A stretch of 61,435 nt of DNA, counting the filler, from Collodictyon triciliatum (Eukaryota), in NCBI GenBank assembly GCA_043381765.1. It is 9 parts of 9 records of this genome, joined end to end, with 100 filler letters (N's around TTAATTAATTAA, not from the genome) between each part and the next. Parts side by side here need not be neighbours in the genome. Positions count along the whole stretch, not along the records: positions 27,345 to 34,086 come from JBHJMP010004278.1; positions 34,187 to 40,926 come from JBHJMP010004279.1; positions 41,027 to 47,764 come from JBHJMP010004280.1; 6 more parts are not named here. The stretch is one strand, 5' to 3'. Each line of letters begins with the position of its first letter. Position 1 is the first letter of the stretch. Of this stretch, positions 27,467 to 41,191 are shown in pieces. A program made the position numbers and the translations under genes. The notes beneath the pieces were generated by a model. It searched no databases. It saw only the letters and a list, made by a program, of their open reading frames with translations, and had not been told where the DNA came from.

Positions 27467-30400
27467 GTGCAAAGGTTTTTGAAAGTATCAGCCTAGAACC
27501 AAACTCCGCTAACACTGGTAATTTGCCACTTTTTTATCACTTTTTTATCGTCTTATCTTTCTCTGCCTCTCCGTCACTCGAATATGAAATGAAAAATAGA
27601 AAGATAGATAACTAGAACTATCGTTGTACAAATGATAACATACTCATGCATAAATGTTTAGATTCGAGCCAACTACACGTTGTCGAAATTAATGACTCCC
27701 TCGATGAATTTACCAATTTTGAAGGATTTGAGACGGAAAACCAGGTCGGTGGAGAGGGAAACCTCGTCCCAGTTCATATCCCAGAGTCATTGCCCCAGGA
27801 ACCTCCCATCCTGATAGGCTTATCATCTGTCAAATCACACGAAGTCTCCTCTGCGAAAAAGGACATACGCATTGAATCACGTCCTATTGTCGAAGAACCT
27901 TTCTGTTCGGATAATATAGTGCTCCAGGGAAATCGAAATATTCCTATCCAGCATGTTGATGAAGAATTTGCAGATTTTGTTGCCTTTGAAGACGACAGCC
28001 AACCAGCAAAAGCAAACATATTTGAGAGAGTCACACCTAACTCATCTATGATATCTATCTCAAGCGAAAATATTGTATTGAGTCAGATGAATGTACCTTC
28101 AGGCCTTGAATCAAAAGAGGACCCATATTTTGCTCTTAAATCCCTTACAATAGAGACATTAGCGAGTGAGAGTCATTTGACGGAGCCAAAAATTGGAACA
28201 GAGTCACAACAACCAAAAGCAACAGGTCAAATGGATTCAGATAATACAGATGAGTACACATTTGACACAGACTTTGGAGACGAAGAAAGTAACGACCTGG
28301 TTAATGTACCTTTGCCGAGTTCGATATTACCCAATGAAGCATCGCATTCATCGGGGATGCCACAGCAGCCTCCACAAGTTGATATTTCAGCTCAAATCCC
28401 AGCTCAAAAAGCTCAGCCTAACTCCGTCGTACCGATTTTGGATTTTTCACGCATAGAGCCTTTACCCGACGCAAAAAGAAACATTCCGGTATTTTATGAT
28501 TGAATATCATATTTCGACATTTATCTTGTTAGCCCCATATAAAAGACAAAGACAAAGACAAAGACAAAGACAAAGAGTGAAAATAATTGACTTTTTGTAG
28601 ACTGTAGATTCTGAGGCTTCTGTGTCTGATGATGACGAATTTGCTGATTTTGCTACTTACGAAGATGACAATTTTTTACAATTTAACTCAGAAAAGGGTG
28701 ATGGTGAGCATAACGTGCATTACTTATATTATTATTATTATAACGTAAAAAATCATAATCATATTATCTCAGCGAATTTAAGTTGGGACATAAATACCTC
28801 CATGGTATCAGCATTCATCTCTGTTGTGTTTTCCCTAAAAAAGAAAAAACTATTTCTCTAAATTCTAAACAGATATATCAGTTGTGAATCCTTTGGATGA
28901 ACCACAGAAAAGCCATAGCACTGCCCAAATTACAAGTGCAAAGCCTCTCTCAGAAAGCGCCACATTAGAAGCAATCTTTTGCTTCTTGGCTGAACAGGAG
29001 AGATACGAGGAGGCCCTCATGTGTAAATTCCATACAGAGGTTTTTTTTATTTTCTTTTATCATTATTTCTTTCTCTTGTCCTTCCCTTTCAAACAGGATG
29101 CTGGGTGAAATGATATTGCATCCACTTTTTTCATTTATGAAAAGTATATATTCAACTCTTCAAACCACATCAGTAAGACTGAATTTCTCGACTAGGCTGA
29201 GGAGCAATTGAATCATTTGAAGGAAGAATATAAACGGGTGAAAGAAGAGGATTTACTGGAGGAGGCGATTATAATCAGAAATAAGATAAAAGAGAAAGAG
29301 AAGCTCCTTCAGCCACAATCTGTCATTAGCTCTTGGCGACATCCGAATCAAAGTTTCAACATGTCCATTGACAACATGGTTACCAGGATACAGAAGGAAC
29401 GGGGCCCAGTAAGAATTCGAAAAATCGCATGCATACATTTTTGATATGATATTATTCCGGCCATCTTCTTTTTTCTTTTAAAAACAATATTAATAATGCA
29501 ATACTAGTAAGTATCATAATCCGATGCTGACCATCATATTTGGGACTAATAAAATATTTCTACTTGATAGGTAGAGTATTTTCTTGGCTCATACAAAAAG
29601 CAAGCTCTCCAACCAGCATCACTTGACCTTCAACGGGCTATCGAGTCTCAAAAATCAGCTTATTCGTTCATGAGGTTTATTTTGTTTTACGTGTCTGTTT
29701 TAATTTGTACCAAATGTGTACAAACTCTATATAATACCACTTATTATGACAGATATCCTGGGCGTAATAAAAAAAAAACACATCGAATTACATATAGTAT
29801 ATTTCCGTCGATTTTCCAACCTATAATCCGTTTGAGTGGAAAATAATTAATTATATCACTGCAAAAATTTGTTAAAAACAGATATCTGTTGATGACTTCT
29901 GGTTCAAGTAAACCGAAAACACTTGAGCAGCTTAAGATGTTCTCAAAAGCAATCGAAAAGGAAGTTCTACAAAGTTTGGGGATGCTAGATAACCTGTTAG
30001 AAATCACTTCGAGCGTTGTCGAATCTGGATTCAACTTCAAAGAGTTTTGTGATAGCTCCCAAACTGCAAAGGACTTTTTGAAAGGTTTAGTGCTTGTACA
30101 GCCACTCAGCTCACACCAATTTCAATATATATCTCCATATGCATATCCCAGAGTTCTCCGCTCTAAATACAAAAGAAAAAAGAAAAAAAGGGAGTCGCAT
30201 TTAGAAAAGCAATAACTCGTGGTTGTAGGTGTTGTTGTTATTCTGGAGTTGGAACAAAGGGTGCGGAATGCTCTTTCAGTATTCGGCCAAGAAGCATATG
30301 TCCAGAATGAAAAGGCAAAGCGTATTGAAGGGATGTTAACAATCGTTGGGATGGCTGCGGTGAGTTTCATCCTAAAAGTTGCATATGCCTTTGACCATTC

Positions 30401-30670
30401 AGCAGACTGCGATAGCATTCTTGACTTGACCTTCTCAATCATTCCTATCTTGTCTTTCTCTCTCGCTCACGTGTATTTTTTTATAATATTAAGGGGAACG
30501 AGACTGTATGGGACATCAATTCCGTATATTCCTCAAAGGAGAAGCATTGCGTGATTTGCTTGATTCCTGCGCCTGATGCACAAACCCTTAATGATTCCCA
30601 TTATCATGTATCTTGTGCCAATTTCTGGGTTGCCCGTTTATCGCAGCAATTACCCACGCTACCAGAGTAA
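27467..30670 (+). CDS. SYNRG: Synergin-gamma-like AP-1 accessory protein (5' truncated, multi-exon)
   Basis: Acidic disordered region with DEFTNF, EEFADF, DTDFGDE and DDEFADF gamma-ear-type motifs. Last exon reads KHCVICL...HYHVSCANFW, matching the synergin-gamma C-terminal CxxCL...YHxSCANFW. Confidence 0.8.
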
Positions 30671-30968
30671 AAACTCAGATACTTTGCCACGGTTTGCTTG
30701 CCCAAATAAAAATAAAGCACCAAACAAAAATGTGTCACAATAAAGTGATTGGGTCGGGTAATGAAGCTGCATACTCGCTTTACCAACCACAGAGTGATAT
30801 CTTTTCCCCCAAAGTATATAGAAAAAATATCAACAGAGAAATACCATATGACACCATCAAACCCACGTCGTTAAAATAATAGTTGTAAGATATTGATAAT
30901 AGTAAATAATGAATAATTTTAAAGGTGAAAGTCTCTCCATTTATTTCATAGCCCTCATTCCATGCTGG

Positions 30969-33734
30969 CTACACCTCGTTCTTAAAATTTACATTGGCGA
31001 TAAAGAAGCCTGCAATTACCAGGGACTATGAAAGCAAAAGTAATCAGCGTTTATCATGAGCAAAGTATTACACCATTTCAGTAAGATATGACAATATACG
31101 ACGGAAAGAAATCCATACTGTCCCAACCATGTATTCCGTACTGAAGTTTACGTTATTATGCAGAAAGAAATCTGTTTTCCAAAAGGTACATTATCACACC
31201 GAACATATTGAAACACATTGATTTTCCCCATCATTTAGTTCTAATATCATGCAAATATACCACAAACAACAGCCACAGGAATGCTCATGCTGAGACCCAG
31301 AGACGCAAGAAGGGGCGATGTGATAAGAATGGCCCAGAGCCAGAGTATTTCCTGTCAAATCCGTGTCAATGTTGGTGAAGGAGAATGTTTTTTTCAATTT
31401 AATGATTGTTTACTGGATTAAAAAATATACGGATAAAAGAGTCCCGATGAGGCCGTTCAAGAACAAGAATCCGAGAATGTGGGCTGGTGGGAGCTCGAAC
31501 GGTTCAAATCCAGTATAGTGAAGGATTATAAAAAGAGGCCACATCGTCACAGTGCAAGCGAGACCCATGAGCCCTAATAGTTTCATCGGGGTAATAAAGA
31601 AATCGAATAAATAAAAGTGATGGTACTATTATCATCCTCTATTTTATTTATTTATTTATTTATGTTAATTCATTTCTGCTTCTTTTGGTCATCAGTTTAT
31701 TTGCTTATTTACTTTATAAAAAAAATAATACAATAAACATATATACCGAAAAATAGAGTCATAGACGCCTTTTGTTCATTATGGAGCAGCTTTTTCAACA
31801 TCAATGTGTAGACTGCGTATATGACTGCCGATGTTAAGCTTACAACATCACCAATGAAGCTGTCACCCTATATTATCAAGGTTCAACAGTATTTCCTTAA
31901 TCAGGCGATGAAAAAAAAAAGAATATGTAATACATACAGAAAAAAAACATCTATTGATGATGGGGCTTGATGAAAGAAAATAGTTTAGTGGTGAGTTCCA
32001 AATAAAAATGAATCTAATATGAAAGAATGAAGTATATTTACTTCAAATCCGTTTCCATCTTCAAGAGAGACAAGCCCAACACCGGCAACACTGCCATGAT
32101 TAAACAATTACTTTAGAATAATTTTCGATATGAGTTCATGGCAGATTTTACGACGATAATTAAATCAGCGAATATGAACTTAAATGTATGCATGAAAACG
32201 GAGAGCATATTTTGCCTTACGTGGTGATTGCTGATATAACTTTCATAATAGTAATCGTTTCCATGCCGATTATTCGTCCAATGACAAGAACAAACAGGGA
32301 CGAAGTGGAGCTTAATATGGTGTTTGATGCAACGCTGGTCAAAACAAGGCTACTCTCGAGAATTCAAGTGGTTAGTGAAGAACAATACCCTCTTATTTAT
32401 AGCCCACTCATACTTGTTTTTCATCGAATTTCCTTTGAAAAGAAAAAGGAAAGACGTAGAAACCTTGCATTATACGCCCAAATGGACAAGAACCAAACCG
32501 GGGTTATTTTGAGTGCGATAGAGGCAACCTGGAATGCAATATTTCTCGAGCTTAATTGAAAATTTTAAGCTTAATCAATTGATTCCAGTGTGGTTAAACC
32601 CTGAGAATTTATTAAAGAAATATGAAACATATCCTACCACATGAATCGGGTAGGGGGCATCAGGGTCCTCGGACTCGCATTCACCGACGTTTTTTTGTTC
32701 ACCTGTTGAATCACACTATTTAATAATCCAGAACGGCTCAAAATAAGGAAAGCTCATCATTATTGTGTTGGGGAATTATTAGGGGAAAATGGCATATTAG
32801 AAGTATTAGCTCTAGTATCCCACAAAAGCACCTTTATCATCAGATGGAACCAATTTGTATTCCCTCAGAACAGAAGTCATTCTAGTTTATAATATTTTAA
32901 TAATAAAATGAATAGAGAATTTTTCATTTATATATTAAAATTAATTGCGTAATAATAGCAGAGCGAACAGAATGAAATAGGAATTTGTTTTGCGCGAAAA
33001 TTGTGTCGTTCATATGCAGTCTTACCTGATTCCGTTGTATAAATCATTGATATCGTTCCATGATGTCATATGCCTCAATAAAAACAGGCTTAGAAGACTA
33101 TTTGAGAAGTAAGTCAAAAAGAAAGGCTTGCTGAAGTCCTGATTCTCAAATATAAACTACCATTCCAGATATAAGCCCAGTGATAAGACAAAGAGGCCGG
33201 AGAAAACCAACCAAAAGGGGGAATAGCATGAAAAAAAAAAAGAGAGAGAATTAGAATAAAATGCAACAGGGTTTATTATTATATTCAAACACTGTGACCA
33301 TGAATACATTTTGAAAGACATGTACCTGCATCAACTCAGCCGTCAAAACCCAAATCACCACTACAGTCAAAACAAGAAAAACACCGAGTACTTGCTTCCG
33401 AACACTACAAATTCGTTCATTAAACAGAACATAAGTTAACTCCTTGACAATACAACCGGACGCGCTTTCCTCCTTGGATTAAGTTGAACAAAATGAAGAA
33501 AGTGGAAATGAAAGTTAAACGTATAACAGAATGGCTAAACAGTACAGTCTCTTTCAGAAGATTAAGAGTTTATTCTAGAATAGAGGAGAAAATAATTCAC
33601 ACAATTATACGCGTTATTATGGTGAAATAATTTGGCAAATATATTAGTGAGGGGTTCTACATATTACCTATATGGTTTTGATACTATATGCTTGCTATGT
33701 ACCAAGTTGGAATGCAAAGTGATGAGAAATTGAT

Positions 33735-33830
<96 letters not shown>

Positions 33831-34016
33831 AAATTCATGTATGCAATTCAAGATAAGGAAAAAGATGCACCTTTTGACCTCGCCAACAACCCCCTTTTCA
33901 CTCGATTCGTTCCTACTAGCGACGGTTGCTTCCTCTGTATCAGGGAATTCGTCTTTGTCCAAGTCCGTATCGATGGCATTAAGAACCCGCGTGTATTCAA
34001 TCAGAGGACTGGACAT
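30969..34016 (-). CDS. SLC35F5 / Thi74-like DMT (EamA) transporter, multi-exon
   Basis: Exons GVFLVLTVVVIWVLTAELMQ, FSKPFFLTYFSNSLLSLFL, TSVASNTILSSTSSLF, GDVVSLTSAVIYAVYTLMLKK, GFEPFELP, LWAILITSPLLASLGLSMSIPVAV. Start codon uncertain. Confidence 0.88.
33737..33830. repeat. Intronic (GAAA)n microsatellite
   Basis: Direct reading of the sequence. Confidence 0.9.
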
Positions 34017-34186
34017 CTTCCCTGTGCTGGATAGTGATGAGGCAGAAAGCGATAGGGGCAGAAGCCCTGCGTTGGATGGTCCGGTGNNNNNNNNNNNNNN
34101 NNNNNNNNNNNNNNNNNNNNNNNNNNNNNNTTAATTAATTAANNNNNNNNNNNNNNNNNNNNNNNNNNNNNNNNNNNNNNNNNNNN

Positions 34187-34335
34187 AATAAAAAACAATA
34201 AAAAACAATAAAAAACAATAAAAAACAATAAAAAACAATAAAAAACAATAAAAAACAATAAAAAACAATAAATAAACAATAAAAAACAATAAAAAACAAT
34301 AAAAAAACAATAAAAAACAATAAAAAACAAAAACA
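34187..34335. repeat. (AATAAAAAAC)n repeat at segment start
   Basis: Direct reading of the sequence. Confidence 0.9.
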
Positions 34336-34751
34336 AAAATGAAACATTAAAAATGAAAACAATAAAGGCGACTTGTTTCTTCTCTGTGAGTCATATTTTT
34401 GTTTTTTTGTTTGTTTGTTGTGTTGTGTCGTGTGGAGGAAACTATAGGCAAGGTCAATCCATAGAGTTGTGTTATTACCAGTCCGTCATAGCGGGAGAAT
34501 ATCCTCTGTACAATTAAACACGACAAACAACACATAGGCAATCACGTCAGTGGTGTTCAGCTTCAGGGGTACAGTCGCACAACACCGCTCACAGAACTAC
34601 ACAAAGGTCGAAGCAGAGCGGCAGAAAAGCCTTTATTTCATAACTTAAATTCATAAAGAAGGGCGGCGATGAGTATTCTCAACAGAAGGGAGTCAGACTT
34701 GAGTAGTCTATTTTTTTCCCCATTAATTGATGAGTAGGAATCGCACGAACG

Positions 34752-34831
<80 letters not shown>

Positions 34832-35907
34832 GTTTTGCTTCCACTGGTTAGCTGTGTATCAAAAGTTATAGTCGCAGATGATAAGGAAACAATATGAACC
34901 AAAACAAAATAGTGTAATACTTGTTATTTATCAGAATTATAGGCGGAGGATATGAAAAATGATATGGATGGACGGAGAAACACTTTAATGGATGATATAA
35001 GATGTAATAGAAGAGACATAATCTTTTTTTCTCCTTTTTTATATGTATATCCTAAATGCCAGGTATATAAACATATGATAATTGTTATTTTTATTGGTTA
35101 AGGGTTAATGGTACGCCTGATGATGTCGTTGGAAGATAAACCCCAGTCGACCATTCATATGATTGCTGGGCAGATAGGAAACGTTCACTTTATAGTAACT
35201 TTTCATGCACAATTATTATTTGTTATTATATTGGAATATATTTAGCAATTAAAAACACCGCATTTTCTTTCAATATCATCATTTTCCGACATACTACATT
35301 TAATTGCATATGCCATTAGTTTTTGCTTGAATCATAATCATTGTAGAGCACGGCTGTTTTCTCTTGAAAGTAGAACTGCTGAGGGTGAATAGTTTTCTTT
35401 ATCAAGTTTTTAACTTTGATTATAAATGCTGACAATCCCTTGCTGGGTAACGGAAAGGACTCAGACCTTGTAAAAATATACTTAATTCATACATATATTT
35501 ATATTGGTTGTAAAAATAAATTAAACAATCAAAAGGGATTGAATTATGAAAACAAATACATATATCTTATCTATCTATCTATCTTATGCACTTTTTTTAA
35601 AGAGAAAATGACATTAAAAGTGTAGTGATTGCTAACCATGAAGGGGAACATCCTGCAGTTCATGTTATAGAAAAAGTCCATAAATTGATTTTGCTTAATT
35701 ATCTGATTATGAAAAGTCATGCTTTAACGAGGCTGAAAGATTGAATGTGAAACAATTGGAGCCAAAGCGAGATGGAAGACGATAAAAAGGCCATCGGGTC
35801 AAGGCAACAGGATATGAGAGCGACTGACCACAAACCATCTGAAGCACAATCAGGTTTAATTAATCGTCTGGAATAAAATCTTTGAATGTACAATACACAT
35901 GATTGCA

Positions 35908-35989
<82 letters not shown>

Positions 35990-36659
35990 AAATAAGATAA
36001 TGCAAAAAAAAATGCATAAAATGAAGACATAAGCACACAAAATTAAAGAGAGGAGTGATTTGATAATAAAATAAGACCACGCCTTATGTGCATACTTTGC
36101 GGACAATTACGCGAATTAAATTGTGCGGGTCTCTCTTTTCCTGGGGATTCGCTCCACTTTACAGCTCATATTGCTACAAGAATATCAGGCAAGAAGGTGA
36201 TGATTGCTTTGATTGGATATTGAAAAATCTGTTACTATTCCAAGCAAAAAAGAAAAGAGTGGCAAATAGACACAGGACAACCTTGATACGTACCGTTCAA
36301 ATGAAGCAGCAAGACCAATACATAACCAAATAATCCATTTAGCATCAAGGACGTGTGCAACAAAACCAATATCTCGTCCATGCATTATCAATATGTTGTT
36401 CATACTTCAATGAGCTTTCTAAATGTCATATCATTCTGGAAAGGACTAAGCATAGTACATTTGCTTTTGGCAAAGGCTTATGAGGAAATAAATTTGTGAG
36501 CTGAGGAAGACAATCAGGGAAAACTTTGCTTTTGTGGGTGTAGATATCGTGGTTGGTAAACAAAAAAAAAAGTCGAATATAAAAAAATACAACTAGTGAG
36601 GGTGACATAGAGGGAAAAGAAAGTAATCTCATAAGAGACAGAGAAACACTTACACAGGA

Positions 36660-37060
36660 ATGCAAGTAATTTTCAAATAAAGAAACGGGGTGACTTCTTC
36701 GTGAGACATGTCACCAAATATATGCGCTGTTGAATATAATGCATCACTGAATTTCGAATCGCTATTAACGTTACAAAGTTGGCTGTGGACTACAAACTGA
36801 GATTAGACAAGCATGCTTATTTCTCCAGGGATACATACACGTGAAGCAAACCATATGTAGAAACCTAGCATAGAAAAGAATGTCTACACAAAATAAAATC
36901 GAAGAGATTAAACCTGGCCTTGCTTCTCTCATGCAAGCACAAGACCCAGCCTACAGGCCAATGCGCAGTACACAGTTCTTGATTACAGCCCGATTCTCCG
37001 TGCCAAACTGAAACCAGTTAGCGTCCATGCAAACAATGACCATATATTCGATACCAAATC
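36660..37060 (+). mobile_element. Degenerate 3' end of the L1/Tx1-like element, second copy
   Basis: 36900-37035 aligns by eye to 50940-51070, including an identical TCTCATGCAAGCACAAGACCCAG and nearby ACAGGCCAA. Confidence 0.7.
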
Positions 37061-37928
37061 CTTTACTATGTCGCGCAAATTAAAAGGAATATAATAAAAG
37101 ATTGAAAAGCAAAAGAAAAACAAATGAAATTTGATACAAAATCAAAAATAAAACAAATGAAAATAAAACATAACAAGAAACCAAAGAGAAGAAAAGAGAA
37201 ACAAAAGAAAAGAGAACAAAACAAAAAGAATTGCAGTGAACAGGTGAATCTTAAAGAATAAACCGAAACCATTCGCACTATGTCATAAACGCAAACACAT
37301 ACAAAACAACAAAACATTTCGCCGAATAATCACAACAACGACTGCAGATCCAAAAGACAATAGGGCAATCAGTCAGGATATGAACAGCCTTCAAGCCATT
37401 CGATGGATAAAATATAAAACAAAATAAATGCACGCAAAGCGGTTACATCTAGCGCTACAGCCCACCAACATTATGCGCAAGAAAGAAAAGAAAAAACTGT
37501 TCTATCGTTAACTATGTATTATGGAGTTAACGATACAACAAAAACATCGTGTCCATGAAGCTGACTTTGCGACTTGTAACCAAGCGAATAAAAAAAACAA
37601 ATGAAAAATCAAATGAGAGCAGACAGCCTCAGTAGCACAATGATATCCAAAACATAATCATTCTTTTAGCCTGTGATGCATACTCAAGGTCGATTACCAA
37701 ACAAACAGGAGACGTGTCAAGTTTATCGGTAACTGCTGGTAAGGTTAGGTTGGTTGATTTTTTTTTATTTTTTCATCCAACCTCTGCAAACAAGCTAGAA
37801 ATCATCTCCATTCATTTGGTTTGGCGGTCATCGTGATATAAATCACCTATTCTTGTTTTTGCGAAAAAAAGTGTGTATGGAAATGGATGAAAGGGTTGTT
37901 TAGATGGGCTGGATAGCAAACGAGCCAC

Positions 37929-40776
37929 TTATTGGGTCAGCATCATCTGCGCGCTCATCATTTGCTTTTCTGCATCTTCAGTGTGGGGATGGTCTGCACC
38001 ATACACGTGCTCATACACTTCCTTGGCTTTTTGGTAAATGTGCAAGGCCTCTTGGTATTTCTCCTGGTTCATTAGTAGAATACCAATATTGTAGTATGTA
38101 TCCCCAACATTAGGGTGCATTTCTCCAAATACTTTCAGCTTAATTTCGAGTGATTTATGGTAATACTCCAGAGCTTTCTCATGCCTATTATATAATTAGT
38201 AAATTAAGTGATAAATATATAAAGATTGCCAAATTAAACATACTTTCCGAGTTCATCGTAAACGTTTCCAATGTTATTATATGAGGTGGCAACATGAGGG
38301 TGGATTTCTCCTAGCACTTTCAGCTTAATTTCCAGTGACTTGTGGTGGTATTCCAGGGCTTCTGAATGTCTATTAATTAATTAATTAATTAATTAGTTAA
38401 GGGACACATACAAAAATATAGTCAAATAAAATATACTTTCCAAGGTTATAGTAAACAAGTCCAATATTATTATATGAAGTAGCGGCGTCAGGATGTAGTT
38501 CTCCAGATAATTTCAGAGTAATTTCAAGGTCTTTGTGGTAATATTCGAGTGCTTTTTCATTTCTATTAAAAAATAAGTTAATGAAAGGATTCATACGAAT
38601 GTAAAATCTTTTGGATCAAAAAAAACGAAAAAAAAATTGAACATAAAATCAAATAAAATATACTTTCCAAGTTGTCGATAGACGGATCCGATGTTATTAT
38701 ATGAAGCTGCAACATCAGGGTGTATTTCTCCGAAAACTTTCAATCGAATTTCCAGGGACTTGTCATAATATTCCAGAGCTTTTTCATACCTGTTAAATGA
38801 TATCTTAATGAAGGATAAACATAAATACATAAAAAAATATAACTTACTTCCGCAGTTGACGATAAACAATTCCCAGTAGATTCATATTTTTGCTATTCGA
38901 ACCTAATAAATGAACCAAAGTTAGCAACACACCCATAAAATCCAAATCAACTGACCAAACCCTCATCCGTCTCAACAGAGATGCGGTGCTCAAGAATCGG
39001 AATCAAAAAGGCATTCTCTTGTATATGTTGGAAGTACTTAACCAACTCAGAGCCAGCAGAATTCAGTTGCTGTTGTGCATATCCATTAAAATGAATTCAA
39101 TATTGGTACATGTAATTGAGTTTTATCACCTTGGCCAACTCACAATAGACAACTTTGTGGTCATATCCGTTCTTATTCAGCTCTCTCCAGCATTCATAAA
39201 ATTCGAAGCGATAGTTGCCATTCAGCATGCTCACAACAACCTAAAAACTATATTACAACACATGTCACAGTAATAAAAATAAATCAATTTAACCTTTTCA
39301 CTCTTCATAAAGTCCACTAGTTTATTGTATTCGCTCGAAATCCTAAGATTGTGGCATATTTCGGCAACAGCACTCTTGTCTTCAGTGTCAGAGCCGTATT
39401 CATCCAGCAGCCACAATCCATATTCACGTGCCTCATTTTTTGTGTATGCTTCATCCTTAAAGTATCGCTCTTTGATGGATTGCGTGAGCAGCTGGTGAGA
39501 GAATGCATATCTAAGGTAAGAAATTATGATTAGCAATTACGACCATTAAGAAACATATGAATACCCGTATCACCTCCCGTTCCTCACAAAGAGCGAATCC
39601 AGTAAGACAAAGAGAAATGATTTCCTAAAATAAAATAAAAAAATACAATTTATCAAAAGTGATAAGTATGAATCATATGACAGGAATAGATATACCAGAT
39701 CGCATGGTTAATTTGCATATGAATTTGGTTAAGTCGATGCTCCATGTATTTGTCCAGCTCGTTTTCATCAAGACCGATGCGTGACACATAAAGGACACTG
39801 ATGGACAGACGAACAATATCTTTTCCTAAAATTGCATGGATATGTCAATTAAATCATAATGGAAAAAACCACTTCATATGTATCACACAAAACCGTATTT
39901 CTTTTCCCAGCGACTCATCACAAGGTCGAACAAATTGACAACTCCTTTTTTATCCAACATCTCCCGCAATTCACTGTCTACTTTTTCATACACTCCAAAC
40001 ACACGAAGCTCATCTAGCACAATGCGCAGGTACAGTGGATGACCTGTTCTCGTATCCGCAATTAAAAAAATTATACTACAAAATGAAATTATATAAAAAT
40101 ATTCGAATTATATCGCTCACCTGTATGGTCAGAGTCTTTCAGTATCATCTCCATCTGTTTCTCGTTCAAGGTTTTGTTGTAGCGCTTGAAGAACGAGGTA
40201 GCTGCTTGTCTGATTCCGACATCGTCAAGCTTCGACACAGGGATAGCATTCAGCCCTGATGACCTGGCAACCTATTCAAAAGCGATTGGATTAATCCAAA
40301 TGTATTATATTCTCAAAATAAACAACAAACATTGCATGATTCGTGGGTGTCGATGGTTGATGCGACGATGGAGATGTTCTTTGGTGTCTTTTTGGGAAGC
40401 CATTCAAGGTGGTGGACGTGCTTGTTTTGTTCTGAATTGACCAACTGGTTGAATGCATCGATGACCAAGACAACCTGCTGTTTCCTGTATTGATAGGTTA
40501 GTCAGATAGTATATTCAATTAAAAAAAAAAGAGGTTATTGAAATCTACTCGTTTCTTGATGCAAGCTTGAGTATGTAGTCTAGTCCCTTCTTCAAAGCTT
40601 CTTTCCCTGCAACAAGACAAAAAAATGAATGCTTATTTATTTATTATTTATTTATTGAATGAAGAAAATGTAGAAAATGAAATAGCTATCATTTGACATA
40701 TAAACCTTCTTCGGAGTCAAGTTTCAGCTCGATTGCTTCATTTTCAACTAGAATGCGAGCTACACGCTCCACCAAA
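37929..40776 (-). CDS. NACHT/STAND NTPase with C-terminal TPR array (NPHP3/NWD-like), 5' truncated by segment end
   Basis: Open spliced exons give Walker B VVLVIDAFNQL, HLEWLPK..P..I.IVAST, GHPLYLRIVLDELRVFG, SRIGLDENEL and FSHQLL. These are followed by 42-aa TPRs (ALEYYxKxLEIxLKVFGExHPxVAxSYNNIGxVY). Confidence 0.9.
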
Positions 40777-40832
40777 CTATTTAAAAATAGGCGATTAAGA
40801 TGTATAGCTCTAATTTATATAATTGCATTATT

Positions 40833-40926
<94 letters not shown>

Positions 40927-41026
40927 NNNNNNNNNNNNNNNNNNNNNNNNNNNNNNNNNNNNNNNNNNNNTTAATTAATTAANNNNNNNNNNNNNNNNNN
41001 NNNNNNNNNNNNNNNNNNNNNNNNNN

Positions 41027-41128
41027 ACTCACTCACTCACTCACTCACTCACTCACTCACTCACTCACTCACTCACTCACTCACTCACTCACTCACTCAC
41101 TCACTCACTCACTCACTCACTCACTCAC
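41027..41128. repeat. (ACTC)n microsatellite
   Basis: Direct reading of the sequence. Confidence 0.95.
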
Positions 41129-41191
41129 TATCTGTAACACAGCAAGCGCTCCTAACAGAGTTCTCATTAGTCATTTCATCTATACTCTGAG

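Noticed and set aside
38371-38396. TTAATTAATTAA resembling the assembly linker
   Set aside because: No flanking Ns; it is a natural (TAAT)n inside a TPR intron.
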